From the human T2T-CHM13v2.0 reference genome, Homo sapiens, in assembly GCF_009914755.1 (NCBI RefSeq), contig NC_060925.1: 64,000 bases of DNA; one strand, given 5' to 3'. Of the stretch, positions 46,187-58,456 are shown piece after piece (the stretch's first letter is position 1; every line of letters starts with the position of its first letter). The position numbers were made by a program, and so were the translations under genes. The notes under the pieces are model-generated. The model was not told where the DNA came from. It saw only the letters and a program-made list of their open reading frames with translations, and searched no databases.

Positions 46187-47429
46187 ACATTCCTATTAAA
46201 TGGAGAAGTAAAAGATGTTATGCAACCACACAGAAGGAGTGCCTAGCCCAGTTTTCTGTCATCCTAGAGGGCTCCTCAGAGGAAGTGATTTTTGAGACAA
46301 GTATGAGTTAGCCAAAGAGTTAGGAAGAGAATGTGCTTGGTTAGAAATCCTGACCCCTTGGAAACCAAAGGTGATGTCATCAAGCACAGCTACCCATTGC
46401 AAATGACATGTCTCATTACGTGAATTTCAGTTCTACCCAACAAATATTTATTAAAGTCCTAATATATAGAAGGCATTCTATTCTACATATTGGAGCCAAA
46501 GAGGAAGAAAAAAGTGTGAGGATGAGTCATGCCTTCAAGGAGCTTACAATATGTTGAAGAGGAAGAGCTTAAACACACACAAAAAAATACAGAGTTTTCA
46601 TAGTAATCTAAATCAGCTTTAAAAGCCACCTATGCCACACACAAGTGATCATTTACTCTAAGTAATGTAAGGTGTGGTGGCTTTTTTAACTGGCAGGAGA
46701 GAAGGCTGCAAAGGGGGTTGAGTGAGGGGTAGGGAGACAAAAGAAGGAAAGACTACAGGCTTGGGAAAGGATCTTGACAGCCATAGATACACTGCCAAGC
46801 ACAGACTTCCTACTGTGTTAGTGGACATGGGTAGGCAGGAAAAATAGGGCATGCTTCTTCTGACTATTTTTCTTCTGATCACCTTTAGCCATTGCCAATC
46901 ATGCTTCCCCTATAGCAGAAGATTGTGCCTGACATGTTCTGGCAAGGAAAATGGTATGGATGGACAGATGTAATGGAGAAGCAAAATCACATGTAAGAAC
47001 CCAACATCCAGCTTACCCTCAGCACAGCCTCTCAATAGGCCTTGGAGTCCCAGGTAGACAGTGCCCAGAAAAGCAGATATTACTACTTCCCTTCCTTCTC
47101 AGGAAACTGGAAGAAAGCCCACACATTATAAAGTTTAGTTCATCAGTGAATAAACATACACTGACAGTTCTGGGTTCCAGACTGGAGACATAATGATGAG
47201 CAAGAGAGTTTTTGTCCTCATGATGTCTAGTGGGAGAGAAAGATACAGAAAATACAGGGAAGAGTATAAGGTGCCATTGGAGTACAGAGAAAGGTAGCCA
47301 GCCTATCCTTAGGGAGACAGGGCAGACTTCCATGAGAAAAATGTTTTCATTATATTCATACACCATCTAATGATATGTTAGACCTTGTTTCCTTTAAGAA
47401 ATCTTGGGGGGCAAGAAGGGAGAAGTTAC

Positions 47430-47590
47430 CTGGCAACACACGAAAAAAAAAGATCACTGGTATGGCAGACAGACTTGTCACAGTCCAAGTAAAGTCAAGT
47501 TTCACAGTCATTGCTGTTTGCTTTATGGATAAAACAAATGTACTGTTGGCAAAGCCAGGGTTGAGTGCCGGATTCAATAGCCCATAAATC
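47430..47590 (-). other. Candidate 161-bp internal exon (unknown, probably non-coding, transcript)
   Basis: Minus strand: acceptor ctgttttgtgctttctgttacttcag|G and donor CCAG|gtaact; one frame is open. Confidence 0.3.
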
Positions 47591-49228
47591 CTGAAGTAAC
47601 AGAAAGCACAAAACAGACCTGGCCCCAATCTGCACTGCTGCTTTGTTGAAATTATCCTGGCCACTCATCAGCTCCCAGAGATGGAGGCCAAACCAGAAAA
47701 AGTAGGTGCTAGGAGCAAGGAATTGAAGTTGAAGGAGGAGTTCATCCATATCTGGCCCATGAGAGGAGGCTGCAGGAGAGAATACGAAATATGCAAGGCA
47801 GCCCACACTGGTTTCTTGACCAAAAGAGAGGGAAATAGATAAATGAATGAATGAATGAGAGGATGTATAGATGGGTTGTTGGAAGGAAGAATACAGTGAG
47901 GGGAGCAGAATATGCTACAGCAAACCTCTGGGGTAGAAGGGAAAGCTGGTCTCAATGTGGCCAACCAACTGGGAAATGCCTCTGGTTAGAAATCATTCAA
48001 CTATGCCTCCTTGGAGTTGACCACATGACATTTATCTCCAGTTTTTTAAACCAAAACCAAGGCTGTATCATCAATGTTGAAAAAGCTGAGAATTCAAAGG
48101 CAACGTTTCCGATGCTGTGGGTAGAGTCTGGGGAAGTCCAGGCTAACTCTACCCTGACCTGAAGGCTGATCACTTACTTTCAGGACAGGGGCTGAGAGAG
48201 GACTGTCACGGGGAAAGATTAAAAATGAGACCAAAGCAACCACGACCACAACAAAAAGAGAGAGCAATAAAGAGAGACTTAGAAATGAACACCCACTTGC
48301 TTTCAGATGAAAAGCTTGAGTCAAAGTGGTGTTAAGGAGGTGACAGATCCTATATTATAGCCAAGAACCCCCAAAACTAAACAAATACAGTGGTTTTTCT
48401 TTCCTCTCAGTAATATGATTGCTGTTTACCTGGTGCAGGAAACAGGGTAAGAATGGGAGGAAGAGACATGCTCTAAGATGCATAATGGTTTAGTTAACAT
48501 GTAATTCAGTCAGCTGATTTGTCTGTCTATTTTGTGTTTTGTTCTGTTTTCAATTTGCTTTAGTAGAGCTGGCCTGAGTTAGAGTGGTGAAGTAGGAAAT
48601 GGTAGTCTTTGGTACCCAAGGAAAATTCCACCTTTCTTCCTCACCCCTTCTTTTTTGGAATCTCCTGCCTCATTCCCTCTGTTTGTATCATCCACACTTC
48701 ACTCTGCACTACTCTCAAATTTCAGGGGCTCCTCATGCTAACTGAGGCTGTTTAGCCAGAGCAGGACTCCCACAGCTACAGCTTCTCTGAGCTCTTCTTT
48801 AGCAGCAGTGTACAAAAGGCCTTTACAAGCATTTTGTTTGTTACTGTGCACAACAACCCTGTGGAAGAGTCAGCCAAAATATCATCATCACTAATTTACA
48901 GATGAGGAAGTAAAATGACTTGTTCTATGGTAAGTGGCAGATTTTGGTAAGGACCCAGGTCTTTTAACTCAGAGATAAAAGAGTTTCAGAGTTCTTTTAA
49001 GCAAATCACACTGGATAAATGAAAGAGGATATATAAAATATAATTCATACAGAAATTTAGTAGCTATATAACAATGAGTACTTAACATGACACCTCTAAA
49101 CTAATAACTATGAGTGATATATCCAGTTTGTTAACATTTTCCAATTATACATTTGAAATTAAAAGTACCAGTCACTTGAGAAATTGTTGGGCTATGATGT
49201 CCTTTACCTAACAATAATTTTTAAATAT

Positions 49229-49690
49229 TGTAGTGGATGCTGTGGTATGCCACTCAGTGCCAGATTCAACAGCCAGATTCAACAGCCCATAAATCCTGAT
49301 GTCTAATCTGCATCCAGAATTGAAGCACACTCCTTTTCCCCACTGCTTTTAGGAGTATTGACAGCAGCTGACAGCTCTCAACTGCATCATTCTCTGGAAA
49401 CTGCCCTAAGCTTATGAAAGCTGCTTTGCCCAAGATGATGGCTCACTCCCAGGGCCAACCTGCATCTGATCACTGGTGGATGGGAAATAAAGACCCAGTT
49501 CCCTTGCCCCAAGGTGTTAGGATTCTGAGGGGCTATCTAAAGACTCAGGGCATCTATGAGGATTGCATGAGGACTTGTGACTGTTTTGCATTTCACTTCT
49601 TCCCTCTACCCAATCCTACTTCTTTCCTTCTCCCACGGGAAATATTCAAACAAATCTCCTTGAAATACTTTTCTACTAGTTTAGGACCTC
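49229..49690 (+). mobile_element. LTR16C-like ERVL solo LTR carrying a templated insert
   Basis: tgtagtggatgctgtggtatgcc..gctgacagctctca..ggaaactgccct..ccagggccaacctgcatc. Confidence 0.75.
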
Positions 49691-50223
49691 TAACTACTAA
49701 ATTGCATTGTGTTTTAGCAAAAGATCCACAGGAGGTAACTCATAAGTGCTTTTTGTATTGACTATTTGATTTATGAGCCTGGAATTAAGGCTTTATATGG
49801 CTTTATATGGGATGATGCATAAGAGTTATTTTTGCAAACAATCTAAATTTGTAATCATGAATACAGAGTTAACCTGTTTCTCAGACTGTGGTAACTATAT
49901 GAATTAGGATTCCACCTGCCCCCAACATGTAAAGTTGGGAGGGGGAACATAAGAAGGAATAGGGGATGTGGGAAGACATGCATTAACTATAAGCAGTTTT
50001 CTTGTAGTGTCAGGGGTAGGCTGAGGGGCTCATCAACTAAAGATTAAGTTGTATTTAAACCCATTGTCAACTGCTCACATGGCCAAAAAATTACTTTTAG
50101 GCTAATTTCTCTCAATCTCTAAAAGGCATATTTTACGGATTTTTTATGAGTTCAATAAATCAGGCTATATTGGTCATTTGATTATTGCTCATTATAATCC
50201 CCTACTTCCCCCAAAATAGATGG

Positions 50224-50256
<33 letters not shown>

Positions 50257-50289
50257 AATAGATGATTGATAGATACATACATACATACA

Positions 50290-50318
<29 letters not shown>
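50224..50318. repeat. Compound tetranucleotide STR (TAGA)n...(TACA)n
   Basis: About 7 TAGA units, a short spacer, then about 11 TACA units. Confidence 0.95.
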
Positions 50319-50321
<3 letters not shown>

Positions 50322-50929
50322 AGATAAAAGCAGAAGTTGGTATTTAAAGTCCCCAAGGAAGAGCAAGCAGCCCTAGAGTCCTTCCTCTTTGGCCTACCCA
50401 TATTGGGAGTCTCTCCAGCCAGGAACTTCCTATGAGGAATAGGAGGAGAGAAGGTATAGGAGGAGAGAAATCCTGTAATTCAGAGAAGACATGAAAGATA
50501 GTATCTGCCACTTGGATTGACATTTTACTTTACCAGCCCTTAGTAGAATCTCAAAGGTCCCTGGGACACTCTGTTGCTGAGGAGGGATTTTCTTACGTTA
50601 GGGATTTCCCCCAATAGTCTCTGCAAGTTTCTCTCTCCATAGTTGTTGACAGCCACTATCTCACTGCCCAAATGGTACTGGATTTTGTTGATCACTGGAT
50701 TTGCGATGCTACAGGCATTAATGGAAACATAAGTAATGGAATTTTTTCTACCTTTTTCTTTCAAGTGGAGTGCTCCACCCCCACCCCAAAAAATAAACAA
50801 AATCAACATAATTTCCAGTTTTCTAGAATGAGTAAACATTCAATCCAAACTATTATAACTGCTATGATTAATTTCTAAAACATTTTTACTATGAGTTGAT
50901 CTTATTTTGAAAGTAAAAGCAAAGTGTAT

Positions 50930-51070
50930 TGGAGGAGCATATCTGACTTTAAATCCTGGGTTTACTGTTTAGTGTCAATGTGATCTTGAGCAGTTTACTT
51001 AGGTGCCTTTATCAGGAAAGTAGGGATTATAATGTCATTGTAGTTTTTATGAAGAACAAATGTACTGTTT
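50930..51070 (+). mobile_element. MIR
   Basis: tttaaatcctggg..tgtgatcttgagcagtttactta. Confidence 0.55.
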
Positions 51071-53115
51071 GAGAAACATGTAATTTACGTGAACGAATGA
51101 TAACCATTCTTACAGTTTTATGCATTCCAAATGCTCACTACAAAAATCCAGTATTTTTAAAAAGATTCATTTAATTTCTTTATGCCTAAGTCTATTTATA
51201 AAACACTACTGCTGGACTAGTTGAATTCCAAGGTTGCTTTCCATTCTGACTTTCTATGATCTAATTGTAACACATGAACAGAGCAAATGAAGAAGCTATT
51301 ATCTTTATACAGAACTTTAACAAATCTATTTTGATAGAAAATTAGGTGAATGAGACAGACCACCACCTTTCCCAGCACTTTGATTAATTTATAACCAAAT
51401 GTTGTTCTTTAAGTGCTTGAGATTTAAAGGAGTAATAAGAACATTAAAGATTTTTAAGTAAAAAGTTCCATTTTTTTTTACCATAAATGTCATTACAACT
51501 CTTGTCTAAAAAATGGAGTTATTCTAATTAATTAATTCTTTGGGTTGTTGTGAAGATTCAACTTTTAGGTAAATATAAATAATTAAGCACAGTGCCTGGC
51601 ACATAAGAGCAAATCAAAAGCAGCTATTAGTATTAACTATTATAGCAAAAGTATTTCCAAACACTCTCTGCCATTGCTCCTATTCTTTGCATGAATGACT
51701 CATTCACTCATTAATTCATTCAGCAAATATCTGTTGAACACCATAGGTCATCTCCTCCCAAAGCCTTTTTCTAATTACTCAGTCTAGGCCACACCTCCTC
51801 ATCCAACACCACCACACTGTCACTCCTTCATATCACTATGCTTCATTTGATCCAAAAATGCTTATCACCACCTACAACTATCTTGTTCATTTATTTGTTT
51901 ACTCACTTATTTTCTGCTACCACCCATGCACCCCACCCCCACCCTACAGAACATACATTCCATAAAGGCGGAAATCATGTCTTCTCATTTACCACTTCTC
52001 ATTCCCTGCACTCACATAAATTGATTCAACTTTAATAGCAAAATACCATACAAAAACTAATTGAACAATTCACTCGTTTTTCTTTGTCAGTTATTTTGAT
52101 GTGTGGAATTTATGGGAGAAAAAAAGCTAAAAGAATTGAGGTCATTTAATTTACAGAAGAGAAATAAACTTTTTAAACGGCCTTTAATAGTCTGGAAGCC
52201 TGGGTTCTAGTACTGTGAGACCCTGTGCAGGTCCTCTCAAACCGTGTTCTTCTCTATAAAATGGGAAGGATGATATCCACTAGGACAAATGCATTCATAG
52301 GGCTGACATAATGGCAAAGCACAAATATAGCTAGCATTTGTGTAAGACCCTATTCTTTAAAACACACTTTGACACTCATTTATCCAAATGAGTCTTACAA
52401 AAGTGACTCTCTGAAGTACAGAAGAAAAAGAGTTATTTTATTTTTCTGTTTTACAGAAGAAGACACTGATTGTAGAGAGTTCTGACATCCCTAAGAAGCA
52501 AGGAAGAGAAAGAAAGAGGGCAGGAGAAAGAGAAGGGTAAACCAGCATATGTGAAAGATGTTATTGTTCATCACACTCTTTGACCTCATCTCCCATGATC
52601 CTCTAGGACACTCTCATTCCCGTTTTATAGATGAGAAAACCAAAGTTCAGACAATTTAAGGTAATGACTGACCCACAGGTAGACTACTGGTATGTGAAGA
52701 TAACAGGGTATGACATCAGTTCCTCCAACTTCCAATCCCATACTGTTTTTACAATGTGGCTTCCAAGAAATGATCAAGGGCAAGATATCTAAAAAAAGAT
52801 AAACATGCTATGAAAATAAAACTAAAAATCACTTAATCATTTTTAAACAAAGAAAGTCATCAACTCTTTCTTTTTTTTTTCCATTTTTAGCTGAGCTCCA
52901 GAGGAAAATCACATGGAATAACATGAGGATTGGCTATGAGGAATAATTTAATAACAAGTAGTGTTTTAGCCACTGATGACGTTATAAAAGACACCTTTGA
53001 AAAACAGTTTTAAGATGTGATTAAACCCTGACATCAAACCATTCATCATTCCAACAGGATTTAAATGAGGGTCTGTATGATGACAGAGGTATAGGTATTA
53101 ATTGAGGATTCCTAG

Positions 53116-53679
53116 TGTAACAATTAAAGAAAGAGGAAAGAAACATGAAAAGCGGCTGGACAGTCAAGACAGATTCATTTTACAGAAAACAAACCTGAGA
53201 GGTGCCTTCTGACCAAGTTAGGTCAGAGCCACACTCTCTTACAGACTGAGTTTTTAAGGATTCAGGGTGGGAGAGTTTATCAGAGGCTTAGACTGCTTCT
53301 GTGTCTCTTTGTTGTGCTTATCTGGGAGGGAGAGTTGTGTGTCTGTTCCCACACATCTTTCTGCAGCTGCAGTCATACCCCCCAAGTCTGCTTTTAGCTT
53401 ACCCATCTCAGTGCCCCTGAAGGGAAAGGAATGTGCTTATTAAGGCCCACTGTTTTACTGGGGCTCATTGTATGAGGGTGAAATTTGGTAGTTACCCAAG
53501 AGACTTTCCCCCCACCTCCCTCTGTGCCCAAGCTGTCTTATCTGTGTTTTCCTGTCTGCTCTTTCTGGCTGCTCTTTCCGTAGTTAGAAGAGGTTTCCTT
53601 GAAATGCATGAGGCTAGAATGGGAGGTGGAATTTAAAGTGGCGGTGTTTGTCCGAGATGACGGCGCTCCTGCTCTATCA
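53116..53679 (-). mobile_element. MER61-family ERV1 solo LTR
   Basis: Reverse complement begins tgatagagcaggagcgccgtcatctcggacaaacaccgccactttaa; tg..ca ends; TSD cctag (53111-53115, 53680-53684). Confidence 0.75.
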
Positions 53680-54754
53680 CCTAGTTTATGTGATCCTTGA
53701 TCTTTATAAAATGGAACTATCTTTTTAAATTATAAAAGATGTTTTTATACGTTTTTTAATTCAGAAGTGAATAACGTAAAAAACATCCCACAAACTCCTC
53801 TCATAAACCTTTCCCCAGAGATAATCATCATTAACAACTTGATATAGAGCCTTCTACACTATTTGTGTATGCATACATAACTAAATATTATATTATTCTC
53901 TACATATGATTATGTGATTATTCTCTACATACTGTTCTCTAACCATTTTTTCTACTCTATATGATAGACAAGATTCCAGGTCAATAATATATAAGTAAGT
54001 CACCCTTTTACTTTTCAATGACTACACAGTGAAAATATCATAATTATTTTTATTCTGTGTTTAAGAATTTAATGCAACAGCATTTTCAGAAGAAAGATAT
54101 ATTGCTTTAAAAATATCTTTTTATTCTCCTGTCCAGTTTTAACTGCCCACACAGTTTTCATTATTTCTGCTATAAAGGTGTGAAAACAGTTATTTCTTTC
54201 TTTCTCAGAAGCTCTGGTCACTTGGTCCAGTAATTCTGTGTATGTAAAAAAAACCATTGACATAAAATAAGTATTCATTTCTAGAACAAAAAACCTCCAA
54301 GTAAAGGTTATGGTATCTTTCATTTCCATAGAACTTGTGAAAAATAAAACCTTTATTGCACGATATTCAAAATAAATATCCCACAGCCAGAGAAGTGACC
54401 ACAATCTCATATCATGGCAGTGCTGAGAGTTCTTATAAACTAGGTAGAAGAATTTGGATTTTATCCTGAAGGCAAGGGGACTGGGTTGGGCATGGATGCA
54501 CTTCTTAACTGGGGGATACATAAATGACATAGGAAAATCTCACTGGCTAGAGAGAATGGTTTAGAAAGGGGAAAATACAGGATAAGGAAAACCAGTTGCT
54601 CATGAGGGAAAAGTCCTTTAGGTGTTCACCATTGTTAAGGCAAAATGATTCTGGGCCTTAATATAATCACTGCTGATAGAAGCACAACTACAAACTCTGA
54701 CCCTTTCTTCTAAAATGTTACTTACTCTCAGTAAATTGACAAAGAAACCAACCT

Positions 54755-55084
54755 CCACTTCCAAGATGGCTTAATTACATGGCTGTTGGCTGGAGGCCTC
54801 AAGCCCTCACTTTATGGACCTCTCTCTCCACAGGACTGCTTAAGTGCCCTCATGGCATGGAACCTGGCTTCCCTCAGAGCAAGCAATCTGGGAGAGAGGA
54901 CAAAGAGGAAGCCACTTGCCTCATAACCTAGTGTCAGAAGCCACACATTGTCACTTCCACCATATTATTTTCATTAGAAGTAAGTCATTTAGTCCATCTC
55001 ACAGTCAAGGGGAGAGGAATTAAGTGCTATCTCTTGAAGAGAAGAGTGTTAAAGAATTGGTGGACATTTTGTAAAATCACCACA
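54755..55084 (-). mobile_element. MLT1-type LTR fragment
   Basis: tccacttccaagatggct..catggctgttggctggaggcctc..gtcacttccaccatatt..aatcaccaca. Confidence 0.7.
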
Positions 55085-55753
55085 GGGGTCTAGCTGCAAA
55101 CCCAGATTGATGCACTTAAGAGCCAGAGCCTGAGGAACCATAGGACATAATCCCCTAGGAATTCACAAAAACGAACAGGAATTTTTCAGACTTCCATAGG
55201 CCATAGAATTGGGAGGATTCCATTTAATTTATCCAGACACCTAAGAGGCAGGGAGACCAGATGATATTTTAGTTATACTACTCCATATGTTATGAAACAT
55301 GCCAAAAGGGCATGAGATCTACAATTTGCAAAAACAGTCACAATTTTGGAAAAAATCTTTCCTGTTATTTCCCATAAATTATAAGAACACTCCAAGTTTT
55401 TCAGTATCTCCATGTACCCCAAGTTTTCATTCCTACCAAGAAAATCTAGCACCTAAAATAATATTCAGGGAATGTATTCAGCTCTTTCTGGGCAGGATGA
55501 AACACGCTTAAGTGGAAGAGATGAACCTTCAAATGAACCTTTAAGCCCCCAGATAAACTTTTCCGTTCAAGCATTTGTGAAAGGCAGGCTTGGCCCACGT
55601 ATAGTTGTTAGCCTGAAATTAGACTGAGAAATTGGATCATTCAACCAGTTTCTTGAACCAGTTGGACAATGTAGAGAAGAAGCAGGAATCACTCTTACTT
55701 TTTATCCCACTGCCTCCCCCACTTAAAACCTCTATATTAATTCACTTACCCTT

Positions 55754-56082
55754 TGTATTAGTCCATTTTTATACTGCTATAAAGATATTACCCGAGACTG
55801 GGTAATTTATTAAAAAAAAAAAGGGAAGTTTAATTGACTCACAGTTTCACATGGCTGGGGAGGCCTCAGGAAACTTACAATCATGGTGGAAGGAATACTC
55901 ATAAAACCATTAGATCTCCTGAGAACTCACTCACTATCATGAGACTAGCATGGAGGAAACTGCCTCCATGATCCAGTCACCTCCTTCCCTCCACATGTGC
56001 GGATTAAAAGTCCCTCCCTCAACACATGGGAAATACAATTCAAGATTAGATTTGGGTGGGGCCAGAGAGCCAAACCACATCA
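55754..56082 (-). mobile_element. THE1 (C/D-like) MaLR solo LTR with internal deletion
   Basis: tgtattagtccatt..ggctggggaggcctcaggaaacttacaatcatggtggaagg..gccaaaccacatca; TSD ccctt (55749-55753, 56083-56087). Confidence 0.88.
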
Positions 56083-57374
56083 CCCTTCCCTGGATGAAAT
56101 CTTACACGGATCTCATAGGTTTTCTAATCACTCTCAGATAATAAAATATGTTAATCTACTCCAACATGAACATATTTTTCCATTTTAACATCTCATCTCA
56201 TCTCTGAAATCCAAATCTCAGTGGCATCTTATAATCATAATTGGAAGGAGATTTTTTCCCCTTTCTTAGTGGTATATAAAAATAATGAAGTATCTTAGAA
56301 TCAATAGCATCGAAGACTCGATGAAATTTAGTAATGTCTTTTTCTAAGTATTAGAAATTCTAATCAAGTATAGTAATTAAAACTCTATTCTCATCAACTT
56401 TAAAACTTCTCTCTTCTCTGAGCTCTGACCTACTTCAGGCTTGGAAGCCTATAATGAGAAAAGATGGGGGAATCATATTAATCTCTAGCTCTTATTCCAC
56501 CTTCTCCTTCACTCCCTGGCAGATACTTTGGGGCCCCTCAGGGACTGGAGTGAGATGGGTGGGAAGAGGCATGGGTAAGCAAAGGTAATATTTCACCATA
56601 CGGTTATAGTCTAGTGTAGGTATTCTCTCTGCAAAGGATATTCCAAATGTCAGTTGTTTCTTTCCTGGAGTGGTTTTGTGGCTTTTTCACAGATGACCTC
56701 CATCACTAGGAACACTTCCTACACTTCCTACACTTGTCTACACTTCCTTTCACATACACTATGCCTCCTCCATGGAGATGGCCACTTACACATTCCCTTT
56801 ATCCACTGGTTTCTTGTGGCCCAACCATTACAGGGCTCAGTCCTCTTTAGTGGAATCTCATTCAAGAGAACTCAATATGACTTCCTCCTGTGGGGTCTCA
56901 TAAGCTCAAGGGAAATTCAAGCTTCCTTGTCAGGCCAGATGCTAGAAATCATGATGGATTCGAACTTCCCTGACTCTGCCCCAAGTCAGCAGAGCTCAGG
57001 CCTCCAACTCTCACCTTTAGACTTTGCAGCTTTGAGTCAGATACTAGTCCCTGCACCCCTCCAACTCCAGGGAACACATAACAAATTCTCCATATGGTTC
57101 TCTGGAAGCATCTTCATTGACTCTGAGAATCCTACTTATTAATTGCTTCTTGGAATGATCAGTTTTGGCAACCTCATCTGTTTCAGGTTTTACCATAAAA
57201 CTGTCAGATAAATATATTCACACATAAAATACTTTATAAAATGCTTTATTTATTAAATCAATTCATTCTCTACTTTTTCCCAAAAATGCTGAGAAATTGC
57301 TCACAATAAAAAAAAATAACAGTAAGGTAAGATATAATGATAATCTATTTATGCCAGGTCCTTTAAGTTATATA

Positions 57375-58000
57375 CTATTGATATATTGAGAAGGACAAAA
57401 TATTGCTAATGTACTATACTAGCCAAGAATGCAAAATCTAAATCTAATCATGAAGAAAAAGCAGTCAAACCCAAATTCAAACACAATGTACACAACAACT
57501 AGCTTATATTCTTCAAATGTGTCAATGTCGTGAATGACAAAGGCTGAGGAACCATTACAGATTAAAGAAAATGAAAGAAACATCAACTAAATACAGTGCA
57601 TGATCCTGGAATGGATTCTGGCTTTGGAAAAAAAAAGTTTTTCTATTAAGACAATTGGAAAATTGAAATATTAACTCTATATCAGATAATAGTGGCAAAT
57701 CTATGTTAAATTTTCTGAATGCAATAATCATACTGTGGTCATGTAAAGAAGGTCTTTTGTTCTCATGAAATACTAAAGTATTTAAAGTATTTAGCCACAA
57801 AGGGACATGATATACTAATATAAAACCCTCAAATGGTTCAGAAAATAATAGGTACATACACACACACACACGTGAGTCTGGATCTGGAAAGGGAGTGCAG
57901 AATATGACAAAATAGTAACACTTGGTTAATCTGAGCAAAATATTTATGAGAGTTCTTGCAATTCTTCTGTAAGGTTGAATTATTTCAAAATAAAAGTTTA
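57375..58000 (+). mobile_element. L1MC/ME 3' UTR remnant
   Basis: aatctaatcatgaagaaa..aggctgaggaacc..cagattaaag..tgatcctgg..tttcaaaataaaagtt. Confidence 0.65.
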
Positions 58001-58069
58001 AAAATTATCTCGTGTTTTTTACAACCCTCAAAATTATGCATGATTAGGCTCATAATATAGAAAAGGAAA

Positions 58070-58371
58070 GGTCCCTGATTACTAGTAAGGTGGAGCACCT
58101 GGTCAGTGTTATTGGACTTTGAATAATCTCTTTAGTTAAATACCTTGTTCAAGTCTCTTGCACATTTTGAATTGGGTTGTCTGTCTTTTTCTTATTTTTT
58201 ATACAAATTCTTTATTCTAAATACAATCCCTTTGTCAGCAATATGTGTTGCAAATATCTTCTACTCTGTGATTAGCCTTTAAGTCTTATAATGGTATCTT
58301 TTGATAAACAGAAGTTTTCAATTTGACTGCAGTCAACTTTATTCTCTTCCTTCTCTCTTCCTCCATCCCAC

Positions 58372-58456
<85 letters not shown>

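Noticed and set aside
53116-53679. p53 response element known from some MER61 subfamilies
   Set aside because: I found no intact paired RRRCWWGYYY decamers by eye.
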